Assembly (NCBI GenBank): GCA_002633005.1
Contig: NMRA01000022.1
Location: 300,056-364,055 of the forward strand
Length of the DNA: 64,000 nt
Source: Phoronis australis
Taxonomy: Eukaryota > Animalia > Phoronida
Reading direction: 5' to 3'
The position numbers and the translations under genes were made by a program. The notes under the pieces are model-generated. The model had not been told where the DNA came from and made no database searches. It was given only the letters and a program-made list of their open reading frames with translations. This document shows, in pieces, positions 53,481 to 64,000 of this stretch; the first letter of the stretch is position 1; every line of letters begins with the position of its first letter.

Positions 53481-53823
53481 GGTGTTCCACTTTTGCACGA
53501 GGGCCTGTCAAAAATAGGACTTTTTATAAATAGGACTTTTTATGATAAAGCTCCATAAAATGAAACGATATTTAGAAACCTGTACAGCGTTTTTGAGATC
53601 TCGTCAAATAAAATTTCATCATGTTATTGACACCAATGTTTTGCTGTACCATTACTTTTTTGGTAAATGGTCACGCGAGCCAATTAATGGCAGATTGGTT
53701 AAAAGTCAAAAATCAAATTATATAGGGTGCCTGCTGTCAGGTAATATGTACTTTTACTGAAATCCTTTTTTTTGTAGATATTTGGCTAAAATCGCATACT
53801 TGTCAGTAAAGTTTTACGGAGCC
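53481..53823 (+). mobile_element. Kolobok-like non-autonomous element, family E, TTAA-flanked
   Basis: ttaa|ggtgttcc ... acggagcc|ttaa; homologous to 38576-38915. Confidence 0.65.
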
Positions 53824-54696
53824 TTAACCATTGGGTTATCCGTTGCATGATTTCTGCTGTGTTATTTCAGGGTTTCCTTGCTGAGGATTGACAACTTTTA
53901 TATTAATAATGCAAGCCAGTAGTTGTTTTTTACAAACTCACTGAGTGAGGGATCTTTACATTAGTCGTCTATTTCTTCAGTAGTGACCTGCAGTACATCA
54001 CTACTTCATTGGTGAAAATTTGTGAGTCGAGTAGGGCTCGTGTCCTTATCGCAGTGTAATTGCAAAACGTTGAACTGATTGCACAAATTCAAACTTGACC
54101 GCAACGTGTCTGCCAACGCGAACCATTACATTTTATGACCTGATGGATCTAACCACCTGCTGTGCTTCACCATTCTTATAGTAAAGTCTCGCCAATTTCG
54201 GTAAAAAATAGTTGCCGATATTGACTTTTTCATTTTTCGAGGTCTTGTAGTTATGACAGCTGACTCTAATTTCATGGTGGCAAAGTAGCGATAGAACTTG
54301 GCAATGGTTAAAACTCTAGTTTGGTGTGTCTTACCTTTCTTTTAAAAATCAAATTGGTAGCATGGTTTAAAATTAATTACAGTCTTTCAGAAACACACTT
54401 CTAAATAAACAAATTAATTTCCTTTAAGCAACGAATGATTAGTGCACTCGGCCTTCAGAGATACAGGTGCACTCTTCCTCATTGTCGCGCACTTTACAAT
54501 CACTCCTCCTAGTGGCTTTTCTGGGAACCAACCCCTGGTGAACATTAAATCTGGCTCTCTTAGATACAGAGAGATATTGCGGAAATAGACTAAACTTCAT
54601 TGGATATTGGTGTTCTATATGAAGTAGGTATTTAGGTGTGAGTTTTAAACATTTAAACATCTTGTGCTGAAGTTCAATTCTTTCCTTCGCTCACAG

Positions 54697-55457
54697 CCTC
54701 TAGACTCGGACGACGGCCGAAGCGTCTCAAAGACTCTGGTGACCTCAACAGTAGGAACCACGTCTCGCCACCGTGCACGCCATACCCCCCTCTGAGTCCA
54801 CTGCATCTCGGCGGCCTCACCATGGCACAGCTTCAGAAACTGCTAGCTGACAAGAATGGCGGCAGTAAGATGCCGAACTTTTACCAGGGTCACATCATGG
54901 CTGGGCCCATGCCGCCGGCCCACCGTGACCCTTACCTGCCCTACGGACCCCCGTCTTGTTACCAGCCGCAGCATCAGCAGCAGCAACCGCAGCCGCCACA
55001 CACGACGCCTCCAACGCCAACAATGCCTGACATGCATCATAATAGCTCGCCAAATAGTGAGTCTGGCTACTCCACACTCAGCGGCAAGAGCCACTCACCA
55101 ATCATGTCGTCACAGTATATGGCATATGGCGGTGGCGGCAGTAGTGTAGAGATCAAGTCAGAGTTGCGCCCGTCGTGCGCACTAACACAAGAACCAGAGG
55201 TGCCGCTGATGCAGTTCCGTCATGTGACACAGATCAGCGATACGCTACCGCTGCTGGAGTCTATACCGTCCGATGAGACGCTGATTCAACAACTCATGGA
55301 GTCGAGTCGGCAGCCGCTGACAGAAGAGCGGCAGAAGTTGGTCGACCAGGTAACCACGGTGATCATTGATGCTCACATGGAGACGTGCATCGTGACAAAG
55401 GATAAGGTGGCTGTCGGCATGGAGCGCTACCACAAAAATAAGGCAGAGAATAAAATA
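54697..55457 (+). CDS. Nuclear receptor coding exon 3: C-terminal extension, hinge and LBD helix 1
   Basis: cacag|(A)SRLGRRPKRLKDSG... in frame with ORF 54822-55514. Helix-1-like LVDQVTTVIIDAHMETC. Donor ATA|gtgagt at 55458. Phase 1 to 0, 761 nt, GC-rich against the introns. Confidence 0.93.
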
Positions 55458-56034
55458 GTGAGTTACCTTGTTGGCCGTGGTGGTTTCCGGTGTTTTTGTC
55501 TGGGTGTGATTTAGCATGTGATGTGATTTCGCCTTTCCCCATGGTGTACGGAATACTGGCATTGGGAATTCATATCATGTCTTACTCCCAACGGACATGG
55601 AGTTGGCACACTCACTGTCAGTACGTTGTTCTGTCCGTCTGCTCCATGAGGTGACATCACATGACATGATTATCTGTTTGGTGAATGTGACTGCTTGCAA
55701 CTGTTGTGTTCTAGTTCGCTTTCAGTTTAGTTAATTTCATCGCTTTCTTGTTTTCCAAGACTTGTTTGATTTTCGTTATGACTTCTGCTTGTCTTGATTT
55801 TAACTCTGGCTTTTCGTGAGTTGTTGAAGTTGTTCAGAATAAATGCTACATTTTAAAGTATCTGAAAGTCAGTACTGCACATCACTGTTAGTAAGAAGCT
55901 TCCAATTTGCGATTGAAAAAACATATTCTTGGTTAACTTAAACCTTTAATAAACCACTGTAGCCTGCTGAACAAGTAATCTCAGGCTCGGAGAGTTCTTT
56001 CAGCCGTTAAATGTTGGTTTTCTTTTAACTGCAG

Positions 56035-56073
56035 AACATGGTCCATGGTGCAGAGCAAGTAGTGACCAACCAT
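56035..56073 (+). CDS. Candidate 39-nt symmetric cassette exon (NMVHGAEQVVTNH)
   Basis: Acceptor ttttcttttaactgcag, consensus donor gtaagt at 56074. Phase 0-0, stop-free, sits inside a phase-0 intron. Confidence 0.6.
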
Positions 56074-56262
56074 GTAAGTCAGCGCCCTCTGCAGCCTAAC
56101 ACCGAAACCCGTTACCAATCCACAGCCCCCTCTGCAGTGTATTTGTATTCACGTAGATGTCGCCATATTTTTGTGCTGTCCGTTGATGTTCAAAAAGCAC
56201 TGGTCACACAAACAAATTGGGTTTGACGAAGATTCACTTCTTGCAAAACTTCATCCATAACC

Positions 56263-56293
<31 letters not shown>

Positions 56294-56308
56294 TGCGCGC
56301 GTGTGTGT
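56263..56308. repeat. (GT)14 microsatellite with degenerate tail
   Basis: gtgtgt... 56263-56290, then ttgtgcgcgcgtgtgtgt. Confidence 0.9.
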
Positions 56309-58136
56309 CTAAGCACAGTAACAGGGATGGGCCTGGCATTTGTTTCACTGACTGGTACAGCTGGTGATGTCACATTTTATAACGAGCGTCCTTGTTGTGA
56401 AACTGCAACTGTATCTCATATTCTCTTTCTTTCCACTGCACTTTTGTTTGGCCTCACCCACACTCCTTCGTGCACAGCCTACATTCCTTGTGTTCAATCC
56501 ACACAATTGTTTTTCTAAATTCCTCACCTCCTTTCTTTCCCCTATACTGCAAGATTAGCATGATTGTTTCGAACACCTGCTCATTCTGAGCAATCGGGCT
56601 ATAAAAATTAGCCCCGATTTTGGAAACTTCTGAAAAGGATATTGTGCTTTCCCTGGTTCAGCAGGTGCCATTGTCATATTTTTGTTGCCATGCCAACCAC
56701 AGCTGGCATGAAATTACTTTTAGGTAAGGCAAGCAGTTGCCAGTGTATTTTCCTGAAAGTGAATTTATTGTTTGTTATTGTGAGCATTTTTTCCGAGGTG
56801 AGCAGCTCAGTTCTTTGCTGTGCAAGACTAAGTGTTTACTCAAGGCAGTTGTGGTGTAATGGTAATTTTTTCTTGCCAATCCTTAACTTTTTACCATTCT
56901 GATATGTTTTTGATTCATTTAGAACAGAAACTAGACGAAACTTAATGGGTTTTGAATTTTCCTGTAATTACATTGAAGACATTAACATTTGATTGGCAAT
57001 GGTTCTAACGTTTCTGAGAACACCAATTTAACTTTTCTCTGTCTCGAGAGAATGCAAGGACATGCAGCTTTGGGAATTTTTGTACCCATATCGTGCAAAA
57101 ACGTATTAAAGTTGGATTCAGTTGAATTTTATCCTTCTTGTCCACCTAGCTAGAGTCTAGCAACTTTATGTAAGGCCTGGTTTCAAGACCCTGACATTTT
57201 TATCTTGACCAATTACTGTATTAGTTGTTCAAGACTCACTACAAGCTAAAAATGCATTTTTTATTAAAGGGCACTCGGACTTTAGGGGCTGATAACCTGT
57301 TCTGCTTATATTTTCCAGCATTTGAGCTGTTAATTTTCCGTTTCATTCTTTTTTGATCTGTGACTGATGGCCATTACAGTGTTTCTTTTTCAGGTGGCAA
57401 ATACTTTGTTTATTAGCCAGCCTTCTATACAAGATTACATTATGCAATAAAGTTAGGAATCAACTTTTTGGTTAGTGATTTGGGATTGGCTTTTCTTCCT
57501 TCCTTGAAGAGCTGGGGTATTGTCCATTTTGTTTGCATCTCTTTTTGTTAGTTGAAGTACTCTACTGATTAGTTGTCCAAAACCAATCAAAATGTTATTT
57601 GTCAACCTCTGAAATTGACCTCGCTGCAGTTATGGCTCTGGCGTGTCATTTCCAGATATCAGAAGTTTGATTTTAGGACTCCTTGGGTCTAAATGTCGTT
57701 AAATTTCAATTGTCACCTCAGTCTCCAAATTCTGGCTTGTTTGCATTCCCAGGCATGCAGAATGTTCATTTTGGACCGTTGGGTTTCAGTGGCAAACATT
57801 TAGTGCTTTGGCAAATGAGTTTTCTCTGATTTTGAGGGTAAAATGTTCTGGGTTCATCATGATCGACACAATTTCCAATTTCAGAGGCTCGGAATGAGCC
57901 ACTCTTACACAGTAGTATCAAAACAAAGTATCTGATTTTTGTGGCAATAATATCTTGAGTGTTTATTTGTAGTGACTGGCAACCTAAGTAAAGTTGTATT
58001 CAATGTGCCGGCTTAGAATGTGAGATGGCAATTTTTAGGCAACTAAAATCATACTTGGTGTTGTTTTCGGTATTCTTGGTCTGTTGTGCCTTGCTTTGTC
58101 TGTGCTGTGATTAACTTGTGTTTGTTTCATTTTTAG

Positions 58137-58245
58137 CCGGATTTGGATAAAATGAAGATGGATCCGTCGATGATGTGGCAGACGTTCTTGAAGAACATGG
58201 TACCCATCATTACACGGGTTGTCAAGTTTTGTAAAAAGTTACCAG
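58137..58245 (+). CDS. Nuclear receptor coding exon 4: LBD helix 3
   Basis: ttttag|PDLDKMKMDPSMMWQTFLKNMVPIITRVVKFCKKLP-G|gtttgt. LBD signature (VVxFxKxLPGF). Phase 0 to 1, 109 nt. Confidence 0.93.
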
Positions 58246-58402
58246 GTTTGTGTGACTAGACCAGTTACTTAGTTTTTCAAAATTTAGACCTTTTTCAGGC
58301 ATGGAAGTAGTTGAATTGTACAGTAGTTATCACCTAAAGGATTTGGACAACATTGTCTCATATTCCATTTCATGAAAGAACTGGAATTCNTGCAGCATGA
58401 TG

Positions 58403-58640
58403 TGGTAAAGTCTCATCAATGTCGGACAAAACTAATCGCCAAAATGCTCTTTTTTAATGTTCAAGGGCGTCTAACGTTGTTGTGAACGCCTTTAATTTTT
58501 CAAGTCTTTGTCTTGTGAAAGCTGTAATACAAAACGTGGGAAAGTATTTAATTTTGTGTTATGTGACTTTCATGAAAAAATGAGAAAATAAAAGCTCACC
58601 TGTCCGTCGCATTATTTGATAAAGTGGTGAGGTTTTACCA
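58403..58640 (-). mobile_element. MITE family C, inverted copy
   Basis: tggtaaagtctcatcaatgtcggacaaaactaatcgccaaaat ... ggtgaggttttacca. Confidence 0.65.
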
Positions 58641-59143
58641 CAGTAGTCTCTCGTTCTTGGAAGTGACAAAGAATGTTAGCAAGGTGCAAATTCTATCTAT
58701 AGATTTTCCCAGAATGACAAGCCATGGCTGCTCGTGAGCCGTCATTGTTGCTGTAAGCGGTTTTTATCTCTAAAACAAAAAACAATATTTTGCCTGATTG
58801 CTTTTGGCGGGCACTGGTTGCCTGAGATTCGTTTCGACTGTATCACTTATCTTCCTCTTGCTTGGCTTCTAATTCGCAGTTTGTTGAATTTTTTTGTAGT
58901 GCAATATCTTTCACTTTTGAGTACAGTTACATATTTACATGTCGAAAGATTTTAAGGTTGGTGGCCTGGCAACATTCTCTGAGCATTTAACTATAATTTT
59001 AAACAAACTGAAGTATGGAGATGCCCAATTAATTTAAATCTTAAAATTTTTAATTTTGAAAATTTGGTCAGTAAGCTAAGAAGAAGAGACGATACATGCT
59101 ATCAAACACCCTTGACATGTCTACAAAAACGTTTCTTTTGCAG

Positions 59144-59285
59144 GGTTCCTAGAACTTGTTCAAGATGATCAGATAAAGCTGATTAAACAGGGTTCATTTG
59201 AAGTTATGTTATCTCGCTACATGGTGTTAGTGAATCACGAGAAACTGACAATGTTCGAGCCGGACATGAATTTTGAAATACCAAG
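59144..59285 (+). CDS. Nuclear receptor coding exon 5: LBD helices 4-5 and beta region
   Basis: ttttgcag|(G)FLELVQDDQIKLIKQGSFEVMLSRYMVLVNHEKLTMFEPDMNFEIP-AG|gtaat; phase 1 to 2, 142 nt. Confidence 0.94.
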
Positions 59286-59873
59286 GTAATAAATATTCCA
59301 TTCTCTTGTTGTCTTGGAAACTAAGGTTGGGGGGGGGGGGCATTTCCAGTACCCCTGAATGCTTGGTTTTGTTGTTTTCTATTTCAGATGTAATGTAATT
59401 CTATTCTGTTGAATTGTTTATACATCTGAATCGGGTAAAAATGGCTTAATTGGTTCTGGTCGCATTTTGAAACCTACACCTCACCTGGCATCAGGTGACG
59501 TTGAATAAAAAACGATCAGCCTCATTTCAGCTGACACTAGGTGACTCTGGGAGCAAAAAAGAATGGTCCCAATCCATTTGGCATCAGGTAGCATTTTTGT
59601 TTGAAATGTGGATAACAAAAACATCAATCTTACAATAAACACATGACAATTTCACCAGAACCGGTTGAGCTAATTTCTTTGGCCTAACATTTTGATACCA
59701 TCGTTTACCATGAACATGACTGTGTTTCTTTTTGCAATACATCTTAATTAAAGGACATGGTGACATGACCCGATTAATGTACTTTCAGAAATTCTAGTTC
59801 TGTAAATATTTAGCTAAATGCACAAATTTGTAGCTAAGATCCCTTGTAACCATAACAACTTGATTATTTCTAG

Positions 59874-60004
59874 GAAAGCTGTTTGTCGCATGCCTATGGG
59901 GGATTTCTTCGATGGTTTCTTTATGCTGGCAGCTCAGTTCAATCCTCTAAAACTTTGTGACTCAGAGATGGCCATGCTTACGGCAATATCCATAATGAGT
60001 GCAG
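59874..60004 (+). CDS. Nuclear receptor coding exon 6: LBD helices 7-8
   Basis: tttctag|(R)KAVCRMPMGDFFDGFFMLAAQFNPLKLCDSEMAMLTAISIMSA-G|gtcagt; phase 2 to 1, 131 nt. Confidence 0.93.
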
Positions 60005-60575
60005 GTCAGTCTTGATGGACTTTGTCAAAGTCCTCTGACAGGTCACAAAAATTATCTCGAAAAGTGTGACGATTTAGATCTGCTCGAATGTTTTACCCAA
60101 TGAATATGGCAACAACACAGCCATCTAGCAGATGTGGGCAGTAATTTTGTGATTGATAGCTACTATACAGATACTCTTTAGTCAAATAGTCAATCATAGT
60201 ACTAGAAAGATGTAAACGCTTTCTAAATAAGTGATACATTTGATTCCTTTACATGGAGATTTACATTATTTGGATTGATAGTAGTGGAATGTGGCTGATG
60301 AAAATACACTAGAATCACAAAAGTTTTATGAAATTTAATCACTAAAAAGTTGACCAAGTTGATTTTTCAGAACTTTTTTGTCTCATCAGTTATCATGTTA
60401 AACTATTAACTGAAAGTGCGTTTTTTTCCATACAACCTTTTTGTACAAATCTGTTCCCACATGTTGAAGACCTGGAAATTTTATTCACCGAACAACTGGC
60501 ATCAAACTGGTTCTCAAAATCTGGGTCCTGTGTAAGTGACTATTGTTATCGACTGTGCCGCTTGCTTGTTTGCAG

Positions 60576-60668
60576 ATCGGGAAGGCCTAGCTAATCTGAA
60601 AGCAGTGCAGAAACTTCAGAGTGTATTTCTACAGGCATTCCATCTGTACTTAAAGAGAGAACATCCAG
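60576..60668 (+). CDS. Nuclear receptor coding exon 7: LBD helix 9
   Basis: tttgcag|(D)REGLANLKAVQKLQSVFLQAFHLYLKREHP-G|gtaaga. DRxGL motif. Phase 1 to 1, 93 nt. Confidence 0.93.
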
Positions 60669-60832
60669 GTAAGAACTGGTGCCATACTAAGAGTAAAAAC
60701 TGATATTTACTTTGTGTAGGACCGTAAACGTTTAAGAAATTTTGTAGCCAGGCAGACTTGATAAGGTCATGCCGTAATCACTGCTTTAAAACTGTGTTAC
60801 GTAGACGTTTGTCGTTTTTTTCAATCTTGTTA

Positions 60833-61030
60833 GCATAAAATCTCACCCATTTCTCAATAAAAGATGTGTCGCTCTGCATTAATGGTTTTCCATGTTCAAG
60901 GTCCGTTACCGTGGCTACCACCGGGGCAATATTTTGAAAAGTTGTCCTTCACGGTAACGTTAGAAGACCTTGAAAAATAAAAGGAGCAAATTTGGCAATT
61001 ATTTTTGTCTGAATTGGTGAGGTTTTACCG
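60833..61030 (+). mobile_element. MITE family C, full copy
   Basis: ta|gcataaaatctcacc ... tttggcaattatttttgtctgaattggtgaggttttaccg|ta. Confidence 0.7.
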
Positions 61031-61661
61031 TATTTTGCCATTGATTTTAACAGTTTTCTAAGGATCATTCTGCATAGTTATACCTCCAGTTGCATTGCAC
61101 ACGTTGTTTTATGAAGTGCAATGCATACATGATGCTATGGTGGGCAGTCGCCCTCATTCTCGTCATGCACTATAGGCCATGTGACCATGAGGTCATCTAT
61201 GGCACTGATAACCTTTTTGAACTGCACTGTGGGACAGTTGTCAGTTCATAGACAACCAGTGACATCACACATAACTTGGTGACATGTAAACAATATTAGG
61301 GAGAACTGCACGTGTCACTTGCGTGCACCACACGTGATAGCACGGTTCCTCTGCAACATGCTTTTTGGTGCAAATACAGCAATTGAAAGTAACCGTCAGA
61401 GCAAAGTATAAGATTGAAAACTAACCTCAACATACAGTATAGTGAATGAGTACGTATATCTTTTGCACGAAAGATTCTCGAGGCACCATCAGATTATGGT
61501 AGTTCAATCTCACCGCCTAAAATGCAAATTATGAATCGGGTTACGTGTCCATAAAGTATCTGTGATGTTTATGAACTGACTACCACCCCGGAATGCATTT
61601 GAAAAATATAAATGCCGTAAACGAAATCCCTCAAGTTAAGCTGTGTGTTGGCTTTTATCAG

Positions 61662-61819
61662 ATGAGCCCAATCGTTTCCATGACGTCTTGCGGATGATAC
61701 CTCTGCTACGGCGAATCAACCAGGAGCACGCCAAGGCTTTGAACAATGTGAAGATGGCGTCGCCAGAAATTGCTGAAGAGCTGCCTGATCTCCACAAAGA
61801 AGTCTACGGCAACGATTAG
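61662..61819 (+). CDS. Nuclear receptor coding exon 8 (last): LBD helices 10-12 and stop
   Basis: ttttatcag|(D)EPNRFHDVLRMIPLLRRINQEHAKALNNVKMASPEIAEELPDLHKEVYGND-TAG (61817-61819). Confidence 0.93.
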
Positions 61820-62805
61820 CCTCATGCAACGTCACATGTCTCACAAGATGACTGGGCATTGAAGAAAGTCATTGCTGCGTGAAAGACGCGTCCCTATTAG
61901 ACGACAAAGCTTGTAACATCAGACTTTAGTGTTCTGTGATAATGCACGGCATGTGTTGCCTAGAAACAGTCGTTGCCTAGTAACTGCGCTGAATGTGGGC
62001 TCAATTTGTCCGTAACTTGTCTTGCAAGAGATTTTTGGAATTTCTTGGAAGCAGTCTTGAAGATCTTGCATCCATGGTTTCACAAGCATAAACTCACTCA
62101 ACATGCTCAGTGTCCCGTATTCTATTGCAAAGGATTCTGTTACGATTATCATAAAAATTTGCGTGCCAAGGAAACCCTTTGACCGTGACTGGATACACAA
62201 TGTGCCTCTTATGGTGTTCCAGGGTTTAGTGTTTTGAAACAATACTGCATTTGCACAAGCTCTGGGTCTTCACAGACAACAATGCAACATTGTGACCGAC
62301 ACGCCTCCTGTGAAGAGATACGAGTCGGCCATTTCAGAGGCTAGCATTTGTCCTCGTGAGTGGAGGGAGACAGGACTCTCACTGTATATGTAATTCATTT
62401 TGTCAATCTCGGGCCAATCAGGGTCATGGAATTTTTAGTTGGAATTTAATGATAATGTCGTTTAATTGTGGTAATTCTATGTTTCTCATAGGAATAAGTT
62501 TAATCATAAGTGGATGCAAGTCAACTAAACAATTGCTTATGACATTTTTTTCTGTTTTAATCATTTTATTTCTTTGTGGGTGAATCTTCTGTTGATTCTT
62601 GACCTTAGGCTTTCAACTTCTAACTCGTGTTCCTCATATTTCAAAAGTTTAGTCGTCTGGACTTGCAAATGTGTTATGGTTAAACTAGTCGAGATTTTAA
62701 CATCCATTTATAAATATTATATATATATATATATACATATACATGTATACAAATGTATAAAGTTTACTATTCTCAGTGAAACTCCAGCAGTTGACTCTGA
62801 GATTT

Positions 62806-62828
62806 TGTACATTGTACAATAAATGTAT
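62806..62828 (+). terminator. Candidate polyadenylation signal of the receptor mRNA
   Basis: AATAAA at 62818-62823 flanked by TGTA motifs and followed by T/GT-rich sequence, ~1 kb after the stop. Other downstream sites cannot be excluded. Confidence 0.5.
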
Positions 62829-64000
62829 TGAGAAATATTATTTTTGTGTAGTCTTGCTTCACGTAGCATAGAACCTGTATTGCAGTGACACTGTTGACTG
62901 TTGATCCTGATCTTACTGTTTTGTGCCATATATAATCGTTGAAAAATACTGCTTGCAGGATGTACGTATTGTATGTAGTGCTGATTTTCATCACATTGAT
63001 TGACTGTTTCAAATGACTTTGAATAGTCACTAAAAACAGTGTTGTTATAGATGGAAATATTCAAGGGCATTATTACACATTTTCCTTACACTCATCCTGT
63101 CTAGTGAAAGTAAATACCCGTTGGTGGAAATTGAGGGCACTGCTTCATTGTGAAAAATTATTGCAACTAGAATCTCGGAATGGTGATATTGTGTTTTTTA
63201 GCTTAAACCGATTGTACATTGGTTTGTTCTAATAGCTGAATATGATTATTTAACAAAAGTATTGAGATTCAGCAATTTTGTGTTCAGTTAAATGCTTTTT
63301 GTATGTTGTTTTTGTAGAATGAATTTTAGGGGGACACACGTTTTCCGTCTTTAACTTACAATAACATTGTTTCAGTTTTAAACGAAGTGAGTAAGTGTAA
63401 ATCAGAGAAAAATCTAGAGTATCCATGACTTGCCATTGATGTAAACTCGTTTCTCACGTGATATGATGGTTTGAATTAAAAAATGTGTATAGTTTTAGTC
63501 TAGTCAAAGGTCGAAACAACGACCATAAATACCCCGTTGAATCGTGTGTCCTGACAACTGGGTGTCATGTGCGTGTGTTAGTGAGTGTGTTTGCTAAGGT
63601 TTGAGTTTCTTGCCTTTAATTTCCAAGCAGCCAACTGGCATCAGGACAGCATAATTACGATTGTGGACTTGATTCTTCTTGAATTTCCTTCGTTTATGTT
63701 TTTTGAAATTGCTGTTCTTTAGAATTTATTGCTGTATTCTTAATGTCACACGCTGTGCCTTGCATTAAAATCAAGTTAGCAGTAGTGAACTTCCCCCTTG
63801 AAGCAATCAATCAACTCGGTTCAGTAGATTGTGGTGTGATTTAGAAATACTGACTTATCATTTTAAAAACAATGTGAACCACGGCTTTCAACAATGGCAC
63901 TGCGTGGGACCTTGAATGTACAGTAAACACTCGCCTTCAGTCATAAAACAAAGTTTGATTTAGGAGGCTTACCATTATAAAATTATAAAATGGGCCTTTT

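Noticed and set aside
54843-55562. Antisense and alternate-frame ORFs over exon 3
   Set aside because: Expected shadows of a GC-rich coding exon
11211-58390. Single N bases at 11211, 37014 and 58390
   Set aside because: Assembly ambiguities, not biology
1-64000. Many WGATAA (GATA) motifs and single AAAGGTCA/CAAGGTCA half-sites
   Set aside because: Short AT-rich motifs are expected in large numbers by chance; no enrichment can be claimed by eye

Overview
AT-rich animal (most likely invertebrate bilaterian) genomic DNA, not prokaryotic. One protein-coding gene can be assembled, on the + strand: a subfamily-1 nuclear receptor of the ROR/HR3-Rev-erb/E75-E78 branch. It has 8 coding exons from ATG 45536 to TAG 61819 (1731 nt, 576 aa; every intron is GT-AG and the phases match), plus a candidate in-frame 39-nt cassette exon (56035-56073, giving 589 aa). 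The protein has a poly-Q N-terminus, a C4 two-zinc-finger DBD (P-box CEGCKG), a long P/S/Q-rich hinge and a full LBD ending in an AF-2-like helix (LPDLHKEVY). I cannot assign an orthologue by eye. The first ~45 kb has no credible CDS and reads like 5' intron(s) of this gene, with one candidate 77-nt 5'UTR exon at 4990-5066. It is filled with MITE-like elements, minisatellites, short tandem duplications and candidate cis-elements. Best leads: (i) a His-bearing cassette exon just before LBD helix 3, together with a His/His/Tyr version of the ROR H11-H12 lock, suggesting a possibly splice-switched heme/metal sensor; (ii) a perfect estrogen-response palindrome overlapping a RORE at 37612-37631; (iii) an excess of CACGTG E-boxes, paired D-boxes and hinge degrons that together suggest a clock-linked, rapidly turned-over receptor. 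These are hypotheses; most short ORFs in the track are chance or repeat-derived.
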